A stretch of DNA of 64,000 nucleotides from Mobula hypostoma (Eukaryota), in contig NC_086097.1 in NCBI RefSeq assembly GCF_963921235.1, positions 32,986,001 to 33,050,000 of the forward strand. Reading direction: 5' to 3'. Both the position numbers and the translations under genes were made by a program. Positions 11,815 to 24,200 of this stretch are shown here, one piece after another (the stretch's first letter is position 1; each line of letters starts with the position of its first letter). The notes under the pieces are model-generated. The model had not been told where the DNA came from, did no database searches, and was given only the letters and a program-made list of their open reading frames with translations.

Positions 11815-11986
11815 AATATCTGGAATATATTATTTGTTAATTTATTTGTGATAATATTACTTTATATGTTGTGTATGAGTTAAAGGTACTATGTTGTGCA
11901 CTTTGGTCTGGAGGAATATTATTTTGTTTGGCAGTATGCATGTATATATGGTTGAATGACAATAAAAGTACTTGAACTAAAACTTG
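11815..11986 (+). repeat. 3' end of the same unclassified repeat family as 8870-9393
   Basis: tgttgtgcactttggtctggagg...gtttggcagta...gttgaatgacaataaaag..cttgaact. Confidence 0.6.
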
Positions 11987-12144
11987 TAATCAGAAACAAT
12001 GCCTGGTGCAGGTCCTGGCATTCTGAATTGCAGAGCCGCTGATTATTGCTTGTTTAACACAAGGTGGCAGCACCATTCAGGCGCTGCCAACAGCCAGTTC
12101 AATGGGCAAGGTCCATGTGCCCTGGAATACCAGTTTAGTGTGTT

Positions 12145-15100
12145 ACTGAGTATAGGAATAGAATGAGGTGGAGGATAAATGCGTGGCTGAGGGATTGGAG
12201 TAGGGGACAGAGATTCATATTTTTGGATCATTGGGACCTCTTTTGGGACAGGTGTGACCTGTACAAAAAGAGCGGGTTGCACTTGAATCCCGGGGAACCA
12301 ATATCCTGGCAGGGAGGTTTGCTAACGCTACTGGGGAGAGTTTAAACTAGAATTGTTGGGGGGTGGGAACTGAACTGAAGAGACTGGGGAAGAGGCAGTT
12401 GTCTCACAAATAGAGAAAGCTTCGAGATAGTGTGTGAGGGAGGATAGGCAGGTTATAGACGAAGGGACGCGCTCAGACGGATGGTTTGAGATGTGTCTAT
12501 TTTAACGCAAGGAGTATTGTGAACAAAGCGGATGAGCTTAGAGCATGGATCAGTACTTGGAACTAGGATGTGGTAGCCATTACAGAGACTTGGATGGCTC
12601 AGAGACAGGAATGGTTACTTCAAGTACCGGGTTTTAGATGTTTCAGAAAGGACAGTGCGGGAGGCAAAAGAGGTGGGGGCATGGCAGTGTTGATCAGAGG
12701 TAGTGTCACGGCTGCAGTAAAGGTGGACGTCATGGAGGGATTGTCTACGGAGTCTCTGTGTGTGGAGGTTAGGAGCAGGAAGGGGTCAATAACTTTACTG
12801 GGTGTTTTTTATAGGCCGCCCAAAAGTAACAGGGATATCGAGGAGCAGTTAGGGAAACGGATCCTGGAAAGGTGTAATAATAACAGAATTGTCGTGATGG
12901 GAGATTTAAATTTCCCAAATATCGATTGGCATCTCCCAAGAGCAAGGGTTTTAGATGGGGTGGAGTTTGTTAGGTGTGTTCAGGAAGGTTTCTTGACACA
13001 ATTTGTAGATAAGCCTACAAGAGGAGAAACTGTACTTGATTTGGTATTGGGAAATGAACCTGGTCAGGTGACAGATCTCTCAGTGGGAGAGCATTTTGGA
13101 AATAGTGATCATAATTCTATCTCTTTCACAATAGCATTGGAGAGAGATAGGAACAGACAAGTTAGAAAAGTGTTTAATTGGAGTAAGGGGAATTATGAGA
13201 ATATCAGGCAGGAACTTGGAAGCTTAAATTGGGAACAGATGTTCTCAGGGAAAAGTACGGAAGAAATGTGGCAAATGTTCAGGGGATATTTGTGTGGAGT
13301 TCTGCATAGGTATGTTCCAATGAGACAGGGAAGTTATGGTAGGGTTCAGGAACCGTGTTGTACAAAGGCTGTAACAAATCTAGCCAAGAAGAAAAGAAAA
13401 GCTTAGAAAAGGTTCAGAGAGCTAGATAATGTTAGTGATCTAGAAGATTATAAGGCTAACAAGAAGGAGCTTAAAAAGGAAATTAGGAGAGCCAGAAGGG
13501 GCCATGAGAAGGCCTTGGCGGGCAGGATTAAGGAAAATCCCAAGGCATTCTACAAGTATGTGAAGAGCAAGAAGATAAGAAGTGAAAGAATAGGACCTAT
13601 CAAATGTGACCGCGGGAAAGTGTGTATGGAACTGGAGGAAATAGCAGAGGTACCTAATGAATACTTTACTTCAGTATTCACTATGGAAAAGGATCTTGGT
13701 GATTGTAGTTCTGACTTACAGCAGACTGAAAAGCTTGAGCATGTAGATATTATGAAAGAGGATGTGCTGGAGCTTTTGGAAAGCATCAAGTTGGATAAGT
13801 CGCCGGGACTAGACAAGATGTAACCCTGGCTACTGTGGGAGGCGAGGGAGGAGATTGCTGAGCCTCTGGCGATTATCTTTGAATCATCAATGGGGACAGG
13901 AGAGGTTCTGGAGGATTGGAGGGTTGCGGATGTTGTTCCTTTATTCAAGAAAGGGAGTAGAGATAGCCCAGGAAATTACAGACCAGTGAGTGTTACTTCA
14001 GTGGTTGGTAAGTTGATGGAGAAGATCCTGAGAGGCAGGATTTATGAACATTTGGAGAGGTATAATATGATTAGGAATAGTCAGCATGGTTTTGTCAAGG
14101 GCAGGTCGTGCCTTACGAGCCTGATTGAATTTTTGAGGAAGTGACTAAACACATTGATGAAGGAAGAGCAGTAGATATAGTGTATATGGATTTCACCAAG
14201 GCATTTGATAAGGTACCCCATGCAAGGCTTATTGAGAAAGTAAGGAGGCATGAGATCCAAGGGGACATTGCTTTGTGGATCTGGAACTGGCTTGCCCACC
14301 GAAGACAAAGAGTGGTTCTAAATGGGTCATATTCTGCATGGAGGTCGGTGACCAGTAGTGTGCCTCAGGGATCTGTTCTGGGACCCTTACTCTTCGTGAT
14401 TTTTATAAATGACCTGGATGAGGAAGTGTAGGGATGGGTTTGTAAGTTTGCTGATGACACAAAGGTTGGAGGTGTTGTGGATAGTGTGGCTGTCAGAGGT
14501 TACAGTGGGACATTGATAGGATGCAAAACTGGGCTGAGAAGAGGCAGATGGATTTCAACCCAGATGTGTGTGGTGGTTCATTTTGGTAGGTCAAATATGA
14601 TGGCAGAATATAGCATTAATGGTAAGATTCTTGGCAATGTGGAGGATCAGAGAGATCTTGGGGTCCGAGTCCATAGGACGCTCGAAGCAGCTGCGCAGGT
14701 TGACTCTGTGTTTAAGAAGGCACATGGTGTATTGGCCTTCATTAATTGTGGAATTGAATTTAGGAGCCGAGAGGTAATGTTGCAGCTATATAGGACCCTC
14801 GTCAGAACCCACTTGAGTACTGTTCTCAGTTCTGGTCGCCTCACTACAGGAAGGATGTGGAAGCCATAGAAAGGGTGCAGAGGAGATTTTGAAGGATGTT
14901 GCCTGGATTGGGAAGCATGCCTTATGAAAACAGTTCAAGTGAACTTGGCCTTTTCTCCTTGGAGCAACGGAGGATGAGAGGTGACCTGATAGAGGTGTAT
15001 AAGGTGATGAGAGGCATTGATCATGTGGATAGTCAGAGGCTTTTTCCCAGGGCTGAAATGGTTGCCACAAGAGGACACAGGTTTAAGGTGCTGGGGAGTA

Positions 15101-15345
15101 GGTACAGAGGAGATGTCAGGAGTACGTTTTCTACTCAGAGAGTGGTGAGAGCATGGAATGGGCTGCTGGCAACGGTGGTGGAGGCTGCTACGATAGGGTC
15201 TTTTAAGAGACTTTTGGATAGGTATCTGGAGCTTAGAAAAATAGAGGGCTATGGAGAAGTCTAGTAATCTCTAAGGTAGGGACATGTTCAGCACAACTTT
15301 GTGGGCCAAAGGGCCTGTATAGTGCTGTAGGTTTTCTATGTTTCT
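12145..15345 (+). mobile_element. CR1 LINE, 5'-truncated in ORF1, with a disrupted APE-RT ORF2
   Basis: ORF1 tail (DHWDLFW..GLHLN), APE (AITETW, YRPP, GDLN, LDLVL, SDH) and RT ([19 protein letters not shown]) pieces with several stops and frameshifts. 3' tail ttttctatgtttcta. Confidence 0.95.
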
Positions 15346-15789
15346 AGTGCATTGGAGAAAGTTAACTGCAGTATCCTGAAGATTTTAAGACTGCACGCAC
15401 GTGGGACAGAGAGAGGCTATTTGGCTTGACAAGTCCATTTTGACATTTATACTTGAGCTTCCTTCTGTCTCTCAATTATCCTAAACCTATCAGTGTCACA
15501 CTTTTTTTCTGACTTTCCCTTGGGTGCATCGGGACTGCTTGCTTTGACCATTCTCCATGGAAGTAAGCTCTGTATTTTTACCTTTCTTTGCGTAAACACA
15601 TTTCTTCTATATCCTCTTAGATTTCTTGCCACTCTCTTGCACTGATGACAGCCTCTGATTCTAACCTTCCCTACAGTGGAAACATTCCCCCTTTGTCCAC
15701 CCTGTCAAAATCTTGCTTTGTTTAATCCTGAAACACTTTGATTAAAGAGAATAGAAGTTAAAGAGATTAAATCAATTAAAGAGATCTTT

Positions 15790-16272
15790 TGCTATGTGCC
15801 CAGGGACCTGAGATCTTTGGGCACAGAGCTCGAAAAAAGTGACGCAATGGAATTTTAACATCTTAAACCAGCGAGTTGTTTGTTATGTCTCCCCTCTTGC
15901 TATGAAATGGAGACACCTCTTTTTCCCTTGTTGGTGAGAGAGAGAACCTGTGATATGTCGAATACTGGGTGAATGCGTAGTCTTTGGAGTACTGCAAGTC
16001 TGTGTCTTTGCTGTCGCTTTTGCTGCATGCTTGAGTGCTTGGTGGTGGGTGCTGATGCTTTTTTTTGCCGGTGGGGGGAGGGGGGATCATTGCTTGCTGC
16101 CGCTTCTGTGTGGGAGTGAGGGGAGCTGGGGGGGACTTTGGGGTTCTAACATTTAACTGTCATTCATTCTTTGGGGCACTCCTCTGTTTTTGTGGATGGT
16201 TGCGAAGAAAAGCTATTTTGGTGTGTATATTGTACACATTTCTCTGACATTAAATGTACCTTTGAAACCTTT
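15790..16272 (+). repeat. Probable interspersed repeat (retroposon 3' region), unclassified
   Basis: G/T-rich body ending gacattaaatgtacctttgaaaccttt, which resembles a retroposon tail. Only one copy in the window. Confidence 0.4.
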
Positions 16273-16957
16273 TAAATAGAGACCCATTTTGTTCAGCTTT
16301 CGTGGTATTATAGCCTTTCACTTCTGGTATTATCCTTAAAATCTTCTCTGCACATTCTTTATTGCTAACATATCCTTTTTATATGTGTGCAGAACTGAAA
16401 TGTGGACTAAACCAAGGATTGATGCAGGTTTAGTATAACTTCTCTAGGCTTATCTATGGTGTAACTTCTGGTGAATCCCAGGATCCCTTCGTTCTTCTGT
16501 CTTTCTTAAACTTGCACCTTTTATGTAATAAGTGAGCTCTTCCTCACAAAATGTGCTGACTCATTTACTTGTGTTAACAATTATCTTTCAATTATTTGCC
16601 CAGTCAGTGAATTAATGAATGTCCTCCTTTAAGTTGTTGTGTCCTGCTCAGTTTTGAAATCTCCTTGAATTTAGTAATGCTTACAAGCTGAGAAATTATT
16701 TTTTGATTCCTGCGACTATAAGTCATTAATGTAATTTGGGTACAACAGATCCTCACGAAACACACATTTTTCCATTGTGTGTTCATTATTCTTATTCTCT
16801 TCTTTTTGAAGCTGGCTATAATTCACTGTGCTATTTGGCCCCTGACTATGCTTGCAAGTTCTGCTCTATGTTGCACACCTTCCTGACTTGGTTCCTTCGT
16901 TCGTGCTTGGTCTGAGTCTCCATCCCTCATCAAACACCATTGGTGGAAGTACCTTAA

Positions 16958-17432
16958 TCAAAAGCACTTAATCAGAACTAGGTTTATTAGCACTTGCATA
17001 TGTCGTGAAATTTGTTGCTTTGCAGCCACAGTACATTGCAATACATTATAATGAAAACTGCAAATTACTATAAGTATATATAGAAAATAAATTAAGTAAG
17101 TAGTGCAAATAGAGAGGGAAGGATACTTGGAAGTGTTAATGGGTTCATTGTTCATTCAGAAATCTGATGGCAGAGGGGAAGAAGCTGCTCCTGAAACATT
17201 GAGTGTGTGTCTTCAGGCTCCTCTATCTTCTGCTTGATGGTAGCAATGAGAAAGGGGCATGTCCTGAGCGATGGGAGCCCTTAATGATGGATGCTGCCTT
17301 TTTGAGGCATTGGCTCGATGCTGGGGAGGCTAGCGCCTATAATCGAGCTTTTTGCACCTCTTTCCTATCCCGTGCAGTGGCCCCTCCATTCCAGATGGTT
17401 ATGCAACTGGTAAGAATGTTCTTTGTGGTGCA
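16958..17432 (-). mobile_element. Rex1/Babar LINE 3' fragment
   Basis: Minus-strand NILTSCITIWNGGATARDRKEVQK. 3' UTR matches the Rex1 copies at 11460-11810 and 59395-59835. Confidence 0.8.
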
Positions 17433-17434
17433 TC

Positions 17435-17527
17435 TGTGTGTAACATGTACGTGTACATATGTGCATATACACTCATATATGTAAGCATGTGTATACATGT
17501 GTGTAGATAAACATGTATCTGTGTATA
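17435..17527. repeat. Degenerate (TG/TA/CA)n microsatellite
   Basis: Alternating purine-pyrimidine tract: tgtgtgtaacatgtacgtgtacatatgtgcatatacac... Confidence 0.7.
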
Positions 17528-17924
17528 AAGTGAGGAGTGTAAAATAATCACTGCAGTGGCTTACTGCACTCTTGGAGAAAGCTGTTCTCACTAGTGATAC
17601 TGAAAATGAATTCTCAAAAATTAACAGAGGAAAAACTCAGAATACTTCAACCTTATTCATTTATCTGTTGTGGACAAAGTGTTTTTAAAATTGGAGAAAT
17701 TGCATTTATTGCATTTACACTGTTGTTACTATTCTATTGCTGCTACTTTGAAATTTCAATTAGATTGGTTTAGCAATGCATCTCTTTATGAAATGCAAAC
17801 TGAATATTTATGCGAGCACACAGTAGGAGAGGGCTATTTAGTGTCTTGTGCCTGCTCTGCCAATAAAAGATTGCAGCTAGTTAGGGTGGACAGTTGGTAT
17901 TTGCAGTATTTCCCACACTGAAAC

Positions 17925-18165
17925 GCTAGAGGGTACAAGTTTTAGGTGAGAGGGGGTACAGATTAAAGGAGACGTGCAAGCCAAGGTTATTTTACTGAGA
18001 GGTAGACGCAAGCAGATACGATAGCAATGCTTAAGAGGCATTTAGATCATCAAGAAGAAGTAGGAAATAGAGGGAAATGGACCATGTGCAAGCAAATGGA
18101 ACTAGTTTAATGTGGCATCATGGTTGGTGTAGACATGGGCTGAAGGGCCTATTTCTGTTTTGTAC
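17925..18165 (+). mobile_element. CR1 3'-end fragment
   Basis: ctagagggtacaagtttaggtgagaggggg...gggctgaagggcctatttctgt matches the CR1 3' ends elsewhere in the window. Confidence 0.75.
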
Positions 18166-18209
18166 TTTTAATAATCTACAGCTGATCCTTGAGGCAATCA
18201 CCATTTTTC

Positions 18210-21200
18210 ATTACATTTAAATCACAATAATATGATCACAGTATCCCATATTCCAAATCAATCATGTAGAAAAAAATTGAATTATGAAATGAAATAAAAT
18301 AAAATAATTATATTTTATTAAAAAGTCTACCCCCCACTACCAAAATGAGCTGGTTGGTTAAAAAAAAAAGAAGAAAAGAAATACCTTACCATAGAATATT
18401 ATTATAATAATAGCTCAGATCCGTACTTTAATAACAGTTCAAAGATTATGAAAATAACTCAGAAAGGGTCCCCATAACATTATAAAATCATGTTTAGAAT
18501 CAGAAATTGAACAACGAACCTTCTCTAGATCAAGGCATAACATAACATCAGATAGTCATTGAACATGAGTGGGCGGGGCAGCCTCCTTCCACTTGAGCAA
18601 GATCACCCTCCTGGCCTTAAGAGACATAAAGGCCAATACCCGCAAATTATTTGGCTTCAGTTTTGTAACAATACCAAACATAGCAGTCAAGGGATTGGGC
18701 TTAAAACTAACATCGATAAGTACAGAAAAAGTTTGAAATACATCTTTCCAAAATTTTTCAAGGCTCGGACATGTCCAAAACATATGAATTAGTGTGGCCA
18801 CTCCATTAGTACATCTATCACAGTAAGGGGAAATATCTTCATGGAAACGGGAGAGCTTGTCTTTAGACATATGAACTCTATGTACCACTTCGAATTGTAA
18901 TAAAGAATGACGAGCACATAATGATGAAGAATTAATCAATTTTAAAATAATCTTCCAGCTTTCTTCAGAAATGAAAATCTGTAAATCCTTTCCCTAGTCT
19001 CCTTTAATTTTATCTAAAGAAACCTTTTCCCAACAGCAGACCGTAAATGTAAGATATTGAACCGTTGTCAAAGGGTTTCAGATTAAAAAGTGTATCTATT
19101 CTTATCTGGACTTGTAGGAAATGTATGTAATTGAAATCTTAAAAAATCTCTAATTTGTAAGTATCAAAAAAAGTGGGTATTGGAGAGGTTAAATTTCATT
19201 GAAAGTTTCACAAAAGAAGAGAGATTCCCTCCATCAAACAAATCCTGAAATCGTTTAATACCCAATTTATCCCATTCTTTAAAAGATAAATCTATTAAAG
19301 ATGGTTTAAAAAAAATTAGAAAAGATGGGACTTGAGAGGGAGAATCTCAATAAACCAAAATGTTTTCTAAACTGTAACCAAATCCTTGAAGTATGTTTGA
19401 CCACCACATTGGAAGTTTATTTAAAGAGAAAGGAAGCGAGGATCCAAGTAAAGAAATAATGGAAAAATTCATAACAGAGTTGACTTACGAAGAAACCCAT
19501 ACAGGGCAATTCTCATGGTTAATGTAATATATCCAGAACGTAATATTTCATATATTAACTGCCCAATAACATAACCTAAAATTGGATAAGGCAAAGCCTC
19601 CATTCTGTTTGGTTTTTTGAAGGTGAGCTTTATTTATTCGAGGTTTTTTATTCTTCCATATACAGGAGGAAAGAATTGAATCCAAAGAGTCAAAAAAAAG
19701 ATTTAAGAATAAAAACAGGCACAGCCTGAAAAAGGCATTGTAGTCGCGCTGATACGCAACGAGTGAAAGCAACACACTGAGTCAAGCAGGGTCTATTTGA
19801 ACTGTTTACTGATTTAAACCTGCGCGCGCTTAAGTGCCCGCTCCCAGCATCCCCCGCTGTTTGCGGGACGGAAGTGATATTGGCTTCCAGGCCGAGGTTT
19901 GCCCCGCACTCAGAGCCCCTTCGTTGCCGCTGGGTGCGGACTCACCCGCAACTGCTGGAGCCGATTCGCTTGCCATGTGAGCGAGCCGCCACATGACCCC
20001 CCCCCCCCCCCCCGGAACCGGCGCTAGGAGGTGCAGAGTCCACAGCCTGCACACTGTCAGTTCTTTTGGGTGGCCGGCCTCGTCGTCGTGGGGGTGGCAC
20101 TGCAACTGGGCGTTCAAGGTCTGGATGCGCTGGTTTGAGACGGTTAATGGTAAAAGTCTCTTCATGACCGCCGATGTTGAGAACGCAGGTCGTCCCATTA
20201 TGGCGCACCACCTTGTAGGGTCCGTCGTATGGTCCCTGCAGGGGTGCTCTGTGCTCACCTCGGCGAGCGAAAACATACTTGCTCTGTTGTAGGTCCTTGG
20301 GCACGAAAGAGGGTGTTGTTCCGTGATGGGACGTTGGGACTGGGGCAAGTGTTCCAAGCCGCTCCCGGAGTTTAGTTAGGACCGCCGTAGGTGTGTCCTC
20401 CTGGCCATGGGGTGCTGGCACAAACTCACTGGGAACTGTGAGCGGGGCACCGTAAACAACTTCAGCCGATGCCATGGCCAGGCCCTCCTTGGGTGCCGTG
20501 CGGATGCCAAGCAGCACCCAGGGGAGTTTGTCAACCCAGTCTGGTCCTCGGAGGCGTGCCATCAGGGCTGACTTCAAGTGCCTGTGGAAACGTTTCACCA
20601 GGCCGTTAGACCGCAGGTGGTAAGCAGTCGTTCGGTGGAGCTGGGTTCCGAGGCGTTGTGTCAGTGCAGACCACAAAGCCAATGTGAACTGCACGCCCCT
20701 GTCTGAAGTGACGTGGGCTGGGAGTCCGAACCGTGTCACCCAGGTGGTAATCAGGGCTCTGGCGCATGTCTCCGTGGCTGTGTCAGCGAGTGGGATAGCT
20801 TCCGGCCACCTTGTGAACCTGTCCACCATGGTGAACAGGTATCTCGCTCCTCTTGAAACTGGCAGTGGGCCGACGATATCCACGTGGACATGTTCAAACC
20901 CCCTATGTGTCGGTTGGAAAGGTTGCAGTGGGGCCCTCACGTGCCTCTGGATTTTGGAGTGTGTGCATGTCCGGGCCCATTGCCCTTCCTGCTTGCATAG
21001 GCCGTGCCACACAAACCTGTCTGCGATCAGCCGGATGGTCACCCGGATGGAAGGGTGGGCTAAACCGTGCAAGGCGTCGAAAACGCAGCACCTCCAAGTG
21101 GTTGGGACAGTGGGCCGAGGTTGCCTGGTGGACACATCGCAAAGAAGCTCATTACCTTCAGGCCCAATGGGTATGTCTTCGAGGCGGAGTCCTGAGACTG

Positions 21201-24200
21201 CGGTTCTGTATGCTGGCATCTTGCTGTCCAGTTGTTGTGCCTTAGCTAATGCCGCATAATCCACCCCTGGAGACAGAGAGTGTGCTGATTGGACGGAGGT
21301 GTGTGACAGCACATTGTTCTTCCCGGAGATGTGCTTGATCGTGGTGGTAAACTCCAAGATGTACGACAGGTGGCGTTGCTGACGGCCCAACCACGGGTCC
21401 GACGCTTTGGCAAACGTGTGAGTGGGGGGCTTGTGGTCTGTGAAGATCGTGAACTCCCTCCCTTCCAGGAAATACCTGAAGTGCCAGATGGCAAGGTACA
21501 GGGCCAGCAGCTCCCTGTTGAAAGCGCTGTACTTAAGTTCCGGGGGTCATAGGTGCCGGCTGAAAAAAGCGAGTGTCTTCCACTGGCCTTCGATGAGCTG
21601 CTCGAGCACGCCGCTAACTGCCGCGTCGGAGGCATTCACAGTGAGGGCAGTGGGGACGTCGACCCGGGGGTGGACTAAGAGCGTGGCGTTTGCTAGCGCG
21701 TTCTTGGCTTGTTCGAAAGCGGCCTTCGCCTCCTCTGTCCAGGTGACTTCTTTGACCTTGCCGAACATCAAGCCGAAAAGGGGCCGCATGATCCGGGACG
21801 CTGAGGGCAGGAAATGGTGGTAAAAGTTAACTATCCCAACAAATTCCTGCAGGCCTTTAACAGTGCTGGGTCTGGCAAATTGGCATATGGCTTCAACTTT
21901 TGCTGGCAGGGGCACAGCTCCATGGTGGTCGATCCGGTGTCCCAAGAAGTCGATAGCGGGTAGGCTGAACTGGCACTTGGCGGGGTTGATAGCCAGGCCG
22001 TAGTCGCTTAGGCAGTGGCAGAATGGGCGTAAATATGCTAGATTTTCCTGGCGGGAGCCGCTGGCGATAAGTATGTTATCTAGGTAGATGAACAGAAAGT
22101 TCAGAACTTGCCCTACTGTGTCCATCAGGAGCTGGAACGTCTGTGCTGCGTTTTTGAGTCTGAACAGCATCCTGAGTAACTCGAACAGGCCAAAGGAGGT
22201 AATGAGGGCCGTCTTGGGTACATCATCCGGGTGGACTGGGATCTGATGATACCCTCGGACCAGGTCAATCTTCCAAAAGATGCGCGCCCCGTGTGGTCGG
22301 CTGTAAAGTCCTGGATGTGTGGTACCAGATAGCAATAGGACGTGGTGGTGTCGTTCAGCCTCCTATTGTCGCCACATGGTCTCCACCCTCCTGTGGACTT
22401 GGGCACCGTATGGAGTGGGGAGGCCCATGGACTGTTGGAACGCCGCACAATCCCCATCTCCTCCATCTTCTTGAATTCCTCTTTTTCGAGGCGGAGCTTG
22501 TCGGGCAGTAGCCTGCCGGCCCGGGCATGAAGGGGAGGTCCCTGTGTGGGGATGTGGTGCATCACGCTGTGCTTGGGGGTCTGTTGAGGAAAACTGTGGT
22601 GTGATGATAGATGGGAGCTCCGATAACACTGGCGAACTCGTTGTCGGAATAAGTGACGGAGTCCAAGTATGGGGCCGGTAACTTGGCCTCACCGAGGGAG
22701 AAAGTCTGGAACATCTTCGCATCGACCAATCATCGTCCCTTCAAATCCATGAGCAGGCAGTGCGCGCGGAGGAGGTCTGCACCCAGCAATATCTGTGATA
22801 CTGCAGCCATTGTAAATGTCCATGTAAAGCCGCTGGAACCGAACTGTAAGGGGATGGTTCTTGTGCTGTAGGTGTGGATGGTGCTGCTGTTGGCTGCCGT
22901 AAGTTCTGGTCCTGTCCTGCTAGTTCAGGTATCGTGGCTCAAGGGGGGTAGGACACTGATTTCCACCCCTGTGTCCACCAGGAATCTACGCCCGGAGAGC
23001 TTGTCCCAAACGTAGAGGAGGCTATCACGGTGACCAGCTGCCGTAGCCATCAGTGACGGCTGGTCCTGGCGTTTCCCTGGAAACGAGCATGGCAGTCGGC
23101 AGCAGCGGGCCCTGGAACCCCACCTTTGATGATAAAAACACCAAGGCTCAGAGGTGGTGCCATCCCTTGGTGTGGGTGTTACGTGCTCCGCTGCTGGGGT
23201 GTGGGAGGGCTGGACTTTCGGCCATGCTGCAGCACTAATTTCGGTGGTGGTTCTGCCATTTTGTTTGGCGCGCCAAAGCATGTCCGCGCGGGCAGCTACC
23301 CTGCGCGGGTCTCTGAAGTCTTCATCTGCTAGCAGGAGGCAGATGTCTCCTGGCATTTGCTGCAAGAAGATCCCACATCCCCTACTCTTTGCGGGGCGGA
23401 AGTGACGTCGGCTTCCAGGCCGAGGTCTGCCCCGCACTCGGAGCCCCCTCGGTTGCCACCGGCTGCAGACTCGCCCGTGACTGCTGGAGCTGGTTCGCTT
23501 GCCGCGTGGGCGAGCCAGCAGAGTTTATAAATTTAGGTAAAATATTCGTTTTAATAGAATTAATTTGGCCAATCAGTGATAAAGAGAGAGACGACCAATT
23601 AGAAAGTTTTTTTTTAAACATACTTCATTAAAGTTAAAAAATTTTCCTTAAATGGACCTTTATAATTGTTAGTAATTGTTAGTCCTAAATACGTAAATTG
23701 TTTAAAGGAAACAGTTCACTCTTATGTAAATTTAATATATATCCTGAGAACTGATTAAGATTAGTCATTAAACGGAACACAAATGGTAAAGAGGTTGTAA
23801 CATTAGATATAAAAAGCAATAAGTCATCAGCATAGAGCAACACTTTATGAATAGTACCTCTCCTTAAAATACCAGTAATCTCTTTAGACTCTCGAAAAGC
23901 AATTGCTAAGGGTTCTAATACCAAATCAAAAAGCAGAGGGCTCAAAGGACAACCTTGTCTAGTCCCACATTGGAGTTTAAAGGGTTTAGGATTCTGAAGA
24001 TTAGTAAGAACCCGAGCAGAGGGAAATAATTAAAGTAATTTAATCCAATGAATAAAATTAGGTCCAAAATTACATTTTTCTAAGGATGTAAAAAGATAAT
24101 TCCATTCAACTCTGTCAAAAGCCATCTCCGCATCCAAAGATGTCACACATTCCGATATTTCCTTAGATGGAGAATGCATAACATTTAACAAACGCCGTAT

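Noticed and set aside
19830..23631. Numerous overlapping + strand and alternate-frame ORFs
   Set aside because: Shadow ORFs of the GC-rich Gypsy gag-pol.
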